Origin: Oscillospiraceae bacterium
Lineage (GTDB): Bacteria; Bacillota; Clostridia; Oscillospirales; Acutalibacteraceae
Assembly: GCA_022487055.1 (NCBI GenBank)
Contig: JAKVJJ010000006.1
Coordinates: 3,688-67,687, forward strand
Length of the DNA: 64,000 nt
Direction: 5' to 3'
Below are positions 30,336 to 41,002 of this stretch, one piece after another. Every line of letters starts with the position of its first letter. Within the stretch, counting starts at the first letter, position 1. The notes beneath the pieces were generated by a model. The model did no database searches. It worked only from the letters and a program-made list of their open reading frames with translations, and had not been told where the DNA came from. The position numbers and the translations under genes are program-made.

Positions 30336-31991
30336 ATGAAACTGAAAAAAGTAAATCCGGCAGGCAAAAAATCTGGAAGGACGGTAGTCACAGTTGTCAT
30401 TGTGGCCGTGTTGGCATTCCTGTACTATTATGCGAAGCTTCCGGCTTTCAACATTCATGCGGCTGGTTTCTGGGGCTTTCTTATCCTAACAGCCATCGTT
30501 TTGGTTCTGGCGCTGTGCATCATTCCGGCGGCCAAGCGTTCGCCTCATGGGAGCGAAACGGAGATACACATTGACTGGAAACATGAAAAGCCGGCAAGAA
30601 TCGGCATCGTGATTGTATTCTGCCTGATTGGCTTTTTCGCGGTGGGCAGCATCCTTTCCTCGCCGATTGTGAATGCCAAGAAATATCAGCAGCTTCTGAC
30701 AGTGAAGCAGGGCAGCTTTACCAAAGATATACAGGAAATTGACATGAATAAAATTCCGCTGATGGACAGGGATTCCGCCACTCTGCTGGGCAACCGAAAA
30801 ATGGGCAGCATGGCAGATATGGTGTCCCAGTTTGAAGTCTCGGATGAGTATAGCCAAATAAACTACAAGAATACACCAGTGCGTGTGTCGCCGCTGCAGT
30901 ATGCCAATGTCATTAAGTGGATGACCAATCAGAGCAGCGGCATTCCGGCTTATATAAAAATTGATATGGCTACGCAGGATACGGAACTGGTAAAACTTGA
31001 CAAACCAATTCGCTACTCCAAATCAGAGCATTTCAACCGGAAAATCGAGCGCCATCTGCGTTTCCGTTATCCAACCTATATCTTTGACAAAGCAAATTTT
31101 GAAATTGATGACAATGGCACACCATGGTGGATCTGTCCGGTTAAGGACTACACAATAGGCCTTTTCGGCGGGGAAACCATCAGCCGGGTGGTGCTATGCA
31201 ATGCGCAGACCGGCGAAACACAGGATGTGGCGGTGCAGGATGTGCCACAGTGGGTGGATAAAGTTTACTCTGCCGATATGCTGAACGGATTTTATAATTA
31301 TTACGGGACACTGAAACATGGCTATTTCAACTCAGTCCTGGGGCAGAAGGACTGTCTGAAAACGACGGACGGCTATAATTATCTTGCCATGAATGATGAT
31401 GTCTGGGTTTACACCGGTGTCACTTCCGTTACAGGTGACCAGAGCATTGTCGGCTTTGTTTTGATGAATCAGCGCACGAAGGAAACCAAATTTTATTCTG
31501 TCAGCGGTGCGGTGGAGAATTCCGCGATGAGCAGCGCAGAGGGGCAGGTGCAGAACCTCGGTTATAAGGCAACCTTCCCCCTGCTGCTGAATACGGCGGG
31601 GCAACCGACTTATTTCATCGCGCTGAAAGACGCTTCCGGACTGGTGAAAAAATACGCGATGGTCAATGTCCAGAAATACCAGATTGTTGCCATCGGTGAT
31701 ACCGTTCCCGAATGCGCGCAGAATTATAAAGCACTGCTGAAGAAAAACGGAATTACTTCCGGCGGCGCACAGCAAGAAAGCGTGAAAACTGCTTCCGGAA
31801 AGATAAAGAAGATTTCGCAGACCGTGCAGGACGGCAATTCCCACTATTATGTCATGTTGGAGGGCGACAGCCACCTGTATGATGTTAACATTGCCGACCA
31901 CATCGAATTCTTGCGCTATAACACAGGTGACAGCATCAAGCTTTCCTATACAGATGGAACGCCGGCCTGCCCGGTGACCAAAGTCGGGTAA
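30336..31991 (+). CDS. Conserved membrane-anchored protein of unknown function
   Basis: Three N-terminal TM helices and a large extracellular part; AAGGAG RBS. Confidence 0.8.
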   Translation: MKLKKVNPAGKKSGRTVVTVVIVAVLAFLYYYAKLPAFNIHAAGFWGFLILTAIVLVLALCIIPAAKRSPHGSETEIHIDWKHEKPARIGIVIVFCLIGFFAVGSILSSPIVNAKKYQQLLTVKQGSFTKDIQEIDMNKIPLMDRDSATLLGNRKMGSMADMVSQFEVSDEYSQINYKNTPVRVSPLQYANVIKWMTNQSSGIPAYIKIDMATQDTELVKLDKPIRYSKSEHFNRKIERHLRFRYPTYIFDKANFEIDDNGTPWWICPVKDYTIGLFGGETISRVVLCNAQTGETQDVAVQDVPQWVDKVYSADMLNGFYNYYGTLKHGYFNSVLGQKDCLKTTDGYNYLAMNDDVWVYTGVTSVTGDQSIVGFVLMNQRTKETKFYSVSGAVENSAMSSAEGQVQNLGYKATFPLLLNTAGQPTYFIALKDASGLVKKYAMVNVQKYQIVAIGDTVPECAQNYKALLKKNGITSGGAQQESVKTASGKIKKISQTVQDGNSHYYVMLEGDSHLYDVNIADHIEFLRYNTGDSIKLSYTDGTPACPVTKVG

Positions 31992-32175
31992 AGCGCAGTC
32001 ATTGGTATTTGGCCATTTTACCGCCATAATTTGTTTACGCGGATTCCATAGTAATCCGGTGAATTTTGTGGTATGATGGAATCAAAATAACACAGATTAA
32101 TTTTTTTGCAGCCACAGATAATTTTGATTGTTGGCTGCCTGACATAGTCGTTGCTGTCAGGGGAAGGGGACTACA

Positions 32176-34272
32176 ATGAAGGAACAGAAAGACCCCAAAA
32201 AGCAAATGATAATTTTCTACACAGTGGCAATCGTGCTGATTGCTCTGCTGAATTTTGTTGTATTCCCATCCGTTATGAAGCCCAAAACCACAGAGGTGAG
32301 CTATGCGGCTTTCCTGAAAATGGTGGACAATGGTCAGGTGACCAAAGTCAATATCGACCGTACCAACCTGAAAATCACCTTTGCCGCAAAAGGCAGTGTG
32401 CCAGTGGTCAATTCATCTGCCTCGGCTTCCTCCGGTGTGCCCGCTGTTTCCGGCGGGCCGGCTGCTGTTTTGCAGAAGGCAGACGCAAATGCGGAAGGCG
32501 TTTATGAAACTGGCGTAATGCCGGATGAAAAACTGACCGAACGTCTGCTGCAGAAAGGCAATATTCAGTTCACAGCGAATATTCCGCAGACGACCTCTCC
32601 AGTGGTGTCGGTGCTGGTGGAGCTGGTGATTCCATTTGTGCTCATGCTGCTGGGCGGATGGCTTTTCCTGCGCTGGATGCAGAAGAAAGTCGGCGGTCCC
32701 GGCTCCATGACTTTTGGAAAGAGCAACGCAAAAATCTATGTGGAAGCACAGACAGGCAAAACTTTTGCGGATGTGGCCGGTGAGGACGAGGCCAAGGAAG
32801 CATTGGTCGAAATTGTCGATTTCCTGCACAATCCGCAGAAGTACGCGGACATTGGTGCAACTCTGCCAAAGGGCGCACTGCTTGTTGGCCCTCCCGGTAC
32901 CGGCAAAACGCTGCTGGCACAGGCGGTGGCGGGTGAAGCGCACGTTCCGTTCTTCTCCATTTCCGGCTCTGAATTTGTGGAGATGTTTGTCGGCATGGGC
33001 GCCGCAAAAGTGCGTGACCTCTTTAAACAGGCACAGGAAAAAGCTCCCTGCATTGTGTTTATCGATGAAATTGATACCATCGGCAAGGCGCGTGACAACA
33101 GCATTTCCACAAATGATGAACGGGAGCAGACACTGAATCAGCTCCTGACAGAGATGGATGGTTTTGACGGACGCAAGGGTGTTGTGATTTTAGCGGCAAC
33201 CAACCGGCCGGACAGTCTGGATAAAGCACTGCTCCGTCCGGGCCGTTTTGACAGGCGCATTCCGGTGGAACTGCCAGACCTCAAGGGCCGTGAGGCAATT
33301 CTCAAAGTGCACGCAAAGGACATCAAAGTCGGGCCGGACGTGGATTATAATGCGATTGCCCGAGCAACTGCGGGTGCCTCTGGTGCCGAGCTTGCGAACA
33401 TTATCAATGAGGCGGCTCTGCGTGCTGTGAAATGCGGGCGCAAGTCTGTTGTGGAAGAAGACCTTGAGGAAAGTGTGGAAACGGTCATCGCGGGTTATCA
33501 GCGCAAGGGTGCCGTTATCCCGCCGAAAGAAAAGAAAATCGTTGCTTATCATGAAACCGGACATGCGCTGGTTGCGGCAATGCAGAAAGGCACGGCACCT
33601 GTCACAAAGATTACGATTATTCCGCGTACCAGCGGCGCTTTGGGTTATACCATGCAGGTGGACGAAGGCGAAAAGATGCTGATGAGCAAAACGGAGTGTC
33701 TGGACAAAATCGCTGTCCTGTGCGGCGGACGTGCGGCCGAGGAACTTATTTTCGGCGATTCGACTTCCGGCGCAAGCAATGATATTGAGCAGGCAACAAA
33801 GCTTACGCGCGCGATGATTACACGTTTCGGTATGAGCGATGATTTTGGTATGGTTGCCATGGAAACCGTGCAGAATAAATATCTCGGCGGCGATACTTCC
33901 CTTGCCTGCTCGCCGGAAACCGCAACTAAGATTGATGTGGAAGTTCGCCGTGTGATTAAGGTGCAGCATGAGAAAGCACTGAGTATTTTGAAAGAGAATA
34001 CGCCGAAACTGCATGTGATTGCGAAATATTTACTGGATAAAGAAACAATCACCGGTGATGAATTTATGAAGCTGCTTCATGAGCCGGAAAAACTGGTTGA
34101 ACCGGATGCAGACAGCGATGCAAATGGTACCCTGCCGAATGGTTCGGAACCGACTCCGGACGGTGATGCGGCAGAATCATCGGCAAAGAATTTGAGTGAG
34201 CCGAAAGAGGATGCGGCACCGGAAGCAGCCCCGCAGGAAGGAGCAGAGAAACATGACGAGCAGAATCAATGA
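32176..34272 (+). CDS. ftsH: ATP-dependent zinc metalloprotease FtsH
   Basis: [11 protein letters not shown] region, HETGH. Confidence 0.96.
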   Translation: MKEQKDPKKQMIIFYTVAIVLIALLNFVVFPSVMKPKTTEVSYAAFLKMVDNGQVTKVNIDRTNLKITFAAKGSVPVVNSSASASSGVPAVSGGPAAVLQKADANAEGVYETGVMPDEKLTERLLQKGNIQFTANIPQTTSPVVSVLVELVIPFVLMLLGGWLFLRWMQKKVGGPGSMTFGKSNAKIYVEAQTGKTFADVAGEDEAKEALVEIVDFLHNPQKYADIGATLPKGALLVGPPGTGKTLLAQAVAGEAHVPFFSISGSEFVEMFVGMGAAKVRDLFKQAQEKAPCIVFIDEIDTIGKARDNSISTNDEREQTLNQLLTEMDGFDGRKGVVILAATNRPDSLDKALLRPGRFDRRIPVELPDLKGREAILKVHAKDIKVGPDVDYNAIARATAGASGAELANIINEAALRAVKCGRKSVVEEDLEESVETVIAGYQRKGAVIPPKEKKIVAYHETGHALVAAMQKGTAPVTKITIIPRTSGALGYTMQVDEGEKMLMSKTECLDKIAVLCGGRAAEELIFGDSTSGASNDIEQATKLTRAMITRFGMSDDFGMVAMETVQNKYLGGDTSLACSPETATKIDVEVRRVIKVQHEKALSILKENTPKLHVIAKYLLDKETITGDEFMKLLHEPEKLVEPDADSDANGTLPNGSEPTPDGDAAESSAKNLSEPKEDAAPEAAPQEGAEKHDEQNQ

Positions 34273-34675
34273 GGCACTCAAGCGGCATCACAGCGGTTAT
34301 AATTGCTGTCAGGCGGTAGCTTGTACCTATTGTGATATTCTTGGTGTACCGGAGGACGAGATGTTCCGCTTATCGGAAGGCTTCGGTGCCGGCATGGGAA
34401 GCATGGATGCCACCTGTGGTGCTGTCAGCGGTGCGGTATTGCTTGCCGGGATGAAATCCAGCGGCGGGATGCAGCAGCACGTTTCCAAAAAGGATACTTA
34501 TCAGCTTTCTGCTCAGCTTCTGCAGCAATTTCGGGAAAAGAATGGGACTTTCGTTTGCAAAGAGCTGAAGGGTATGGGAACCGGCAAACCTGTGCGCAGC
34601 TGTGACGGCTGCATTGAGGATGCCTGCTTGTTGGCAGAGCGGCTTCTTTTCAGTGGGAATCCGGATTCTAAATAG
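34253..34675 (+). CDS. C-GCAxxG-C-C family redox protein
   Basis: YNCCQAV, TCGAVSGA, CKEL, CDGC. Confidence 0.88.
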   Translation: MTSRINEALKRHHSGYNCCQAVACTYCDILGVPEDEMFRLSEGFGAGMGSMDATCGAVSGAVLLAGMKSSGGMQQHVSKKDTYQLSAQLLQQFREKNGTFVCKELKGMGTGKPVRSCDGCIEDACLLAERLLFSGNPDSK

Positions 34676-34745
34676 ATATGGTTTTAAGAATGAAAAAAAG
34701 CGAGCCTGCGGATGTTTCCGTAGGCTCTTTTTGTGTATATGTGAT

Positions 34746-34922
34746 TCATATAAATTGATTACATTTGGCATCATAAGTATAGTCAATGGCGGCAAGTCTT
34801 TGCTCCAAGTCACTCTGAGCGATTTCCAAGCTGCGGCAGAGTTCCTGCAGATTTTTGCAGGAGTCACGCAGGCGGGTGTTTACAAAGCTGAGCAGGATAG
34901 CCGGGTCTTTTGGTAACTGCAT
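34746..34922 (-). CDS. DUF4250 small protein
   Basis: LPKDPAILLSFVNTRLRD ... YDAKCNQF. Confidence 0.85.
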   Translation of the reverse strand: MQLPKDPAILLSFVNTRLRDSCKNLQELCRSLEIAQSDLEQRLAAIDYTYDAKCNQFI

Positions 34923-35075
34923 GGGCACACTTCCTTTCCAAATCAGTATACTGTATTTTCAGGAGAAGCGCAAGTAGGCCGCAGCCTTGTGTTTCCAAAG
35001 TATTTGACCTATACTAAGAAGTACAGTTCGACAAATTTTCGCCGAAAACAAACTGGAACATGGAGGGAAAATGAT

Positions 35076-35468
35076 TTGCTATATTCTTATGAATTGGATA
35101 CAGGCCAAGAAGGCTTCTATGAGATTACGGACATGGTTCGGGATGCACTGAACAAAAGTGGAACGACATCCGGCTGCTGTTTAGTTTATTGCGTGCATAC
35201 CACCGCCGGTGTGACAATCAATGAGAACGCTGACCCGGATGTGGTACATGACCTGATGTTTGCTTTAGACAAGACCTTTCCCGACCGCCCGGAATTTCGG
35301 CATCAGGAAGGCAATTCGGCGGCACACCTCAAGTCTTCTGTCATCGGATGCAGCGTAACCGTTCCAATCCAGGATGGACATTTGATTCTTGGCACTTGGC
35401 AGGGAATTTATTTCTGCGAATTTGACGGGCCTCGACATCGCCATTTCGCTGTAGAAATCATGGGATAA
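35076..35468 (+). CDS. yjbQ: YjbQ/UPF0047 family protein
   Basis: HTTAGVTINENADPDV; LGTWQGIYFCEFDG. Confidence 0.92.
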   Translation: MLYSYELDTGQEGFYEITDMVRDALNKSGTTSGCCLVYCVHTTAGVTINENADPDVVHDLMFALDKTFPDRPEFRHQEGNSAAHLKSSVIGCSVTVPIQDGHLILGTWQGIYFCEFDGPRHRHFAVEIMG

Positions 35469-35912
35469 ATTAAAATTATTGCAGCCAGTCAGCGCAACCC
35501 ACAGTTGCCAAGAAAACTTTAAAACATATTTCTACAAAATTTGCAAGCTCCTGAAGACAGTCAAATCCATTATTTTGTAAGGCAAATTTACTTTACAAAT
35601 TTCCTGTGTAAATTCCCTGAAATTCCGCATGGGAATACATATGTAAAGTTTTAAGACATTACAAATATGCAAAATATTTATAGAAACAGCTGTCGCAAAT
35701 CAGCCTGCATATTTTAAAAATGATTGACGAGTATGAAAATATAATGTCAACATTGAGCCATATTCTATTTCCGGATGACTGATTTTCGGGCGATAAAGTC
35801 AAGTTTAAATTCTGCCCGCAGAATTGACTTGTTTTTTCTTTGCCTGAGGAGTATAATCACTTCAAAGAATCTTATGTGTTTTAGTAATAATTCACTTGAA
35901 GGAGGCACTAAT

Positions 35913-36224
35913 ATGTCTGATGCAAAGAGCAATAAGGATAAGAAAAACATTTTTGAGCAGGCCGAGGAATTTGGAAATATGATGGCCACTTTCGGAAGCA
36001 GCTTGGATTTGAGTACTTTGCTGACAGAACCATTTCTGCAGAAATACACCCAGTATGCTACACTGGCAGAATTGCAGGCAGACTGCGGCGGTACATTGAC
36101 AGACGTTTCCGATTTCGAGAAGCTGAAGGATACTTCTTTCCTCAGCAAGACCGATTTTAAAACGCCTATGGAAATGATGCAAAAAGCAATGGAGTTTTAT
36201 ATGCAGTCCGCATTTGAGGGCTGA
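35913..36224 (+). CDS. Hypothetical protein
   Basis: AAGGAGG RBS; downstream terminator hairpin. Confidence 0.75.
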   Translation: MSDAKSNKDKKNIFEQAEEFGNMMATFGSSLDLSTLLTEPFLQKYTQYATLAELQADCGGTLTDVSDFEKLKDTSFLSKTDFKTPMEMMQKAMEFYMQSAFEG

Positions 36225-36287
36225 TAATCATTTGAAACAGCAAAGGAGCTGAATGCCCGTCCGGCATCAGCTCCTTTTGTTATACTT

Positions 36288-37142
36288 TCAGTTACTGCTT
36301 GGGATGTCCATCATGTCCTTTTGCTGTATGGCTGTGCGATATTCTGAAGGGCTGCAGCCCTTTAATTTGTGAAAAGCTTTGGAAAAGGCCAATGGGTCCG
36401 GATAGCCGCAGGAATGCGCAATCTGCCCGATGGAAAACTGAGAGGTATGCAGCAGGTTAGCCGCCTGGCCGATGCGAAGCTGCATGAGGAAACCGCGCGG
36501 CGAAATGTGAAGCTGCCGCTGAAACAGGGTTGTCAGGTAGCTGCGGTTCAGTCCGACATATTCTGCCAGCTCAGTCACAGTAATATTGTTTTGATAATTG
36601 CGGCGCATATATTCAGAAGCTTTGGTCACATAAATATTGCCGGGCCGTTCCGGCTCACGCATTCCATAGGAAAGACCGGCGGCGGAAGCGAGCAGCGCAA
36701 ACCACTGATAAAGCAGACTTTGCAACCAGAATTCATCACTGAAAGAAAGCTTTGTGTGCTCCTCCATTTGATGCAGGCAGCTCAGCAGAGCATCGGCTTC
36801 TCTGCACTGATAAACACGATTGGTGCGGCTCAGCCCGCAGCGGGAGAGGGCGGCTTCTGCTCCGGAACCGTGAAAAGCAACCCAGATGCAGTGGCATGGG
36901 GCGTGTGTATCTGCCTGATAACGTGCCAGCTCTCCCGGCAGAAAGAAAACTCCTTGCCGCGGTCCGACCGGATACTCCCGGTCGCCTGCCTGAAAGACAG
37001 CTTTTCCGCTGACACAGTAAAACAGAATATAGTATTCCAGTACAGCCGGACCAAAAGAATATTTGGGTGCACAGGAACGTTCCCCGCAAAACAAAAAAGA
37101 AAGATTTTCAGTCGCGGAAGAAGCGGTGGGCTGCTGATACAT
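36288..37142 (-). CDS. AraC-family regulator
   Basis: Cupin domain plus double HTH; FSKAFHKLKGCSPSEYR. Confidence 0.92.
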   Translation of the reverse strand: MYQQPTASSATENLSFLFCGERSCAPKYSFGPAVLEYYILFYCVSGKAVFQAGDREYPVGPRQGVFFLPGELARYQADTHAPCHCIWVAFHGSGAEAALSRCGLSRTNRVYQCREADALLSCLHQMEEHTKLSFSDEFWLQSLLYQWFALLASAAGLSYGMREPERPGNIYVTKASEYMRRNYQNNITVTELAEYVGLNRSYLTTLFQRQLHISPRGFLMQLRIGQAANLLHTSQFSIGQIAHSCGYPDPLAFSKAFHKLKGCSPSEYRTAIQQKDMMDIPSSN

Positions 37143-37324
37143 GGTAATGCCCTCTTTATTGCAGAATTGATTTTACAAGTATACCATACTTGCTGTCTGT
37201 AACTCAAGATTAAAAAAGCCGTCAGCCTGTTGCATTGATTTTTTCTGCCGGCGGTTTATAATAGATTTAGCAATCATTTCATAGGGCACCGCGATGCAGC
37301 GGCTTGGCAAAGGAGAGGACTTTC

Positions 37325-38305
37325 ATGTCGATAACAGTTTATTCCTGTAGGCAGGATGAAACACAGTTTCTGAATCATTTTGAGGAAAAGTACCATTTGC
37401 ATCTGAATCGAACCGATAAACGTCTGACAGCGGACACCGCTGAGCTGGCGGCCGGCTCAAGGGCGGTCAGTATTATCACGACACAGGTGACAGCCGATGT
37501 GCTGGATGCGCTGCATCAGAATGGCGTGGAATATATTTCCACACGCACGATTGGCTATGACCATATTGATATCGAGTATGCCAAACAGCTTGGTATACAC
37601 GTCGGCAATGTATGCTACTCCCCCAACAGTGTGGCGGATTACACCATCATGCTTATTCTGATGGCCACACGGCGCATGAAATCGATTCTTCGCCATGCGG
37701 CTGTGCAGAATTACAGCCTGCAGGGAATGCAGGGCAGAGAGCTGCCAAACCTGACGGTCGGCATCATCGGCACTGGCAGAATCGGGCGGACGGTTATTAC
37801 ACGGCTGACAGGGTTTGGATGCCGTATTTTAGCCTGTGACCTGCATGAAAATGAAGATGTGAAAGCTTTTGCCACCTACACAGACTTGGATACTCTGCTG
37901 CGGGAAAGCGATGTGATTACACTGCATATGCCGGCAACCAAAGACAATTACCATATGATTGGCAAAGACAATCTTGCCAAAATGAAGCCGGACGCTGTGA
38001 TTGTCAATACCGGGCGCGGGTCACTCATCGACACAGACGCGCTGATTGATGCACTGGAACATAATCGTATTGGCGGAGCGGCATTGGATGTCATTGAAAA
38101 TGAAGCTGGATTGTATTACCGCGACCTGCAGGACCAGCCGCTGTCCAACCATGACCTTGCTTTGCTCCGTTCTTTCCCAAATGTCCTTGTAACGCCGCAC
38201 ACAGCGTTTTATACCGACCAGGCAGTCAGCGATATGGTGGAGAATTCCATTCGGAGCTGCCTCGCCTATGAGGCCGGGGAACCCAACCCATGGCAGGTTA
38301 TTTAA
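37325..38305 (+). CDS. ldhA: D-lactate dehydrogenase / D-2-hydroxyacid dehydrogenase
   Basis: GIIGTGRIG, VNTGRG, TPHTAFYT. Confidence 0.88.
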   Translation: MSITVYSCRQDETQFLNHFEEKYHLHLNRTDKRLTADTAELAAGSRAVSIITTQVTADVLDALHQNGVEYISTRTIGYDHIDIEYAKQLGIHVGNVCYSPNSVADYTIMLILMATRRMKSILRHAAVQNYSLQGMQGRELPNLTVGIIGTGRIGRTVITRLTGFGCRILACDLHENEDVKAFATYTDLDTLLRESDVITLHMPATKDNYHMIGKDNLAKMKPDAVIVNTGRGSLIDTDALIDALEHNRIGGAALDVIENEAGLYYRDLQDQPLSNHDLALLRSFPNVLVTPHTAFYTDQAVSDMVENSIRSCLAYEAGEPNPWQVI

Positions 38306-38378
38306 TCGGAAATTTATAAATCAAACGGCAAAAGCCGGAGCACACAGGAAAAAGCTTTCTGTGCAGCTCCGGCTTTTG

Positions 38379-38618
38379 TTATTTCTTCTTGGGGTGGTCT
38401 TTTTTCTTTTCGACAGTTTTTGGGGCATCCGCCTGTGTCTGACCGGCACTGAGAGGGCCGCCCTCATAGGAGATATCCGTTCCCGCATCATTGAGCATGG
38501 CATCCTCGGCAGTGATATCCGGGATATGACAGTAACGGTCGTTTTCACGCTCAAATTTTGACAGAATCGGGTTGGGGAAGCGGCAGTCTGCGAAAAGTTC
38601 ATCTGGTCTGTACTGCAT
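38379..38618 (-). CDS. Small hypothetical protein
   Basis: GAGGTG RBS before MQYRPDELF; downstream hairpin. Confidence 0.5.
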   Translation of the reverse strand: MQYRPDELFADCRFPNPILSKFERENDRYCHIPDITAEDAMLNDAGTDISYEGGPLSAGQTQADAPKTVEKKKDHPKKK

Positions 38619-38683
38619 AACAATCACCTCACGCATAGAATGCCCATTTTGCGTGGAGATTTTCCTCACAGTTTCTGCCTCTT

Positions 38684-39640
38684 TTATTTTTGATTCATTT
38701 GGTTGTGGCGGGGCGGATCCTTTTTTCCGGAGTGGAAGGTCCAGCCGCACACCCAAAGATATTTCCACTGCGGTATTTTTACCTTCTTTTTGCGCATTTC
38801 AGCACGCATTTCCAGATAAATGCCGTTGACCTCCGCACCGATGATCAGCACGAATCCGCTGAAATAGAGCCACAGCAACAGGACGATGGCGGCACCCAGT
38901 GTTCCGTACAGCAAAGAGTAGTTTCCGATATTTTCAACATAGTAAGCATAAATCATGGAAAATGCAGTCCATGTCACCATGGCGAGCAATGTACCGGGCA
39001 ACACACGGCGCGGGGAATGCACGCGGCCCGGTACCAGATAATAAATGAAGAACAGCACCGCAAAGAGGACGGCGGCAAGGATGATGAACCGGAAAAGGTT
39101 CCAGATGTTGATGGAAGTATTGGTCAGATGCAGCACTGGAGAGAGGAAATACAGGGTGCGGCGTCCCACATTGATGAGCATCAGTGCCAGAAAAATACCA
39201 AACATCATAAATAGCATGGCAACAAAAAGATTGAGCTGCTGCCGAATAGGAGATTTGGTGGATTTGTAGCCATAGGCGACACGGATATACCGCAGGGCAC
39301 AATTCATGGCGCGCATCGTGAAATAGATGAGCAGCAGAATGCTGCCAGTCAGCAGAGACGCATTGTGGGTGGTGTTCACCTGATTGACGTGTTTCATATA
39401 GGCGGAAATAATCTCCAAAATATCATTTGGCACAATCCCGCGCAGAAGCTCCACGAAAACCGGCGGCAGTTTTAGCCATGTCAGCAGCATGGTGAGCAGG
39501 ATGAGCGCCGGAAAAATAGAAAACAGGAAATAATAAGCCAGTGCCGCAGCGCACCGTCCCACATCATGTTCCATGTACCGCTTGATCAACCGCATGAAAA
39601 TAGGTTGTTCTGTATAAGGGAGCGAAAGATTTTCTTTCAA
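38684..39640 (-). CDS. YihY/BrkB family membrane protein
   Basis: AAALAYYFLFSIFP; YGTLGAAIVLLLWLY. Confidence 0.92.
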   Translation of the reverse strand: MKENLSLPYTEQPIFMRLIKRYMEHDVGRCAAALAYYFLFSIFPALILLTMLLTWLKLPPVFVELLRGIVPNDILEIISAYMKHVNQVNTTHNASLLTGSILLLIYFTMRAMNCALRYIRVAYGYKSTKSPIRQQLNLFVAMLFMMFGIFLALMLINVGRRTLYFLSPVLHLTNTSINIWNLFRFIILAAVLFAVLFFIYYLVPGRVHSPRRVLPGTLLAMVTWTAFSMIYAYYVENIGNYSLLYGTLGAAIVLLLWLYFSGFVLIIGAEVNGIYLEMRAEMRKKKVKIPQWKYLWVCGWTFHSGKKDPPRHNQMNQK

Positions 39641-39697
39641 GTGTCCGTCTCCTTTCCGGCCGGATTCGCATGAAATAAATTATAAAATAAAAGTAAC

Positions 39698-40627
39698 TTA
39701 TTGATTTTGTTTGTGAGGCACACGGCTGACCAGCAAAATACCGGCGCAGACCAGCACAAGTGCCACTGCCGTTTTCCAGCCGGAGAGGGATTCCCGCAGC
39801 ATCAGAGCGGAGAGCAACACCCCAAAGACCGGTGTCAGGAAATTATAGGCGGCAATCTGCCCGGCGGGGAAGCGCTGCAGCAGAACCGTCCAGATGGTGA
39901 ATGCAATGCTGGAAAGCAGCGCAAGATACAGGAAGATGCCCCAGCATGCCACACCGGATGGTGTCAGCTTTCCGCCGCCAAACAGTCCGATAATGGTCAG
40001 CACCAGACCACCGGAAAAAAGCTGCCATCCTGCCGCACAGAAAGGTTCCACGGTTTCGGTCACTGTCTTGCTAAGAATGGAGCCAACAGAGAACATGGCG
40101 GTGGCGAGGAACATCAGTCCCTCCCCCTGAAAGCTGAAACTGCCGCCTGCACCGTCAAGATTGACCAAAACCACACCGGCAAATCCGACGAAACATCCAG
40201 CTGCTTTGCTTACAGTAATGCGGTCATTTCCACGAAGGAAGAAGTGTGCCAATATAACGGTAAGAAATGTACCAGTGCCCTGAATAATGGAGCCGCGCAC
40301 ACCGGTTGTGTGAGCAAGCCCGAGATAAAACAGCAAATACTGGGCGGCAGTCATCACCAAACCGAGCCGCAAGACCGCAAGCCGGCTGCCACGAGCGGGA
40401 ACACAGAATTTTTTCTGTCGCACGGACTGAAAAAGAATGACCAGAAGTCCGGCAAGCGCAAACCGCAGTCCGGCAAAAAGAATCTGAGAAAACGGCCCCG
40501 AAATATCAAAAGCCTGATAGCCTAGTTTAATGAATGGAAAAGCACTGCCCCACAGCAGGGTACACAGCACAGCGGGCAGGACGGCGGGCAGATTCGGCTT
40601 TGACAGACTTTGTGAATTTTTTTGCAT
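39698..40627 (-). CDS. DMT/EamA transporter
   Basis: LWGSAFPFIK; ten TM segments. Confidence 0.9.
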   Translation of the reverse strand: MQKNSQSLSKPNLPAVLPAVLCTLLWGSAFPFIKLGYQAFDISGPFSQILFAGLRFALAGLLVILFQSVRQKKFCVPARGSRLAVLRLGLVMTAAQYLLFYLGLAHTTGVRGSIIQGTGTFLTVILAHFFLRGNDRITVSKAAGCFVGFAGVVLVNLDGAGGSFSFQGEGLMFLATAMFSVGSILSKTVTETVEPFCAAGWQLFSGGLVLTIIGLFGGGKLTPSGVACWGIFLYLALLSSIAFTIWTVLLQRFPAGQIAAYNFLTPVFGVLLSALMLRESLSGWKTAVALVLVCAGILLVSRVPHKQNQ

Positions 40628-41002
40628 CAAAAATAATCCTTTCAGACAATTAAGTAAGATAGCCATTCCGGCTTTCATTTATACATTTATTATTATACAA
40701 CAGAAGATTGCCGAACACCAGCAGCACAGGAAAATCTCAGCGAAGGGAGTGATAGGGCGGAATAGGCATTGCATACGAAAAAATCAAAGCATGGAATTCG
40801 GACAAGGTGAAAATACACAAAACGGAGACAGATGACAAAATTGAAGAAGAATGTCCCAGAATGCATCATATGTCCATAAATTTGAAACATTCTGTGCTTG
40901 CATACAGCGCCAAACAGAGCTAAGATAGCAAAGAAGAAAGTTGATGAACCTTGCAGATAATGAGTGAATTATCTGGAATTATCAAAAAGGGGAGATGTGC
41001 AG

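Noticed and set aside
35470-35760. Possible small ORF or ncRNA in the yjbQ downstream gap
   Set aside because: The open frame on the minus strand lacks a start codon; no convincing promoter-terminator pair or stable fold seen
37325-38305. vanH of a vancomycin-resistance cluster
   Set aside because: Same enzyme family, but no D-Ala-D-Lac ligase or vanX nearby
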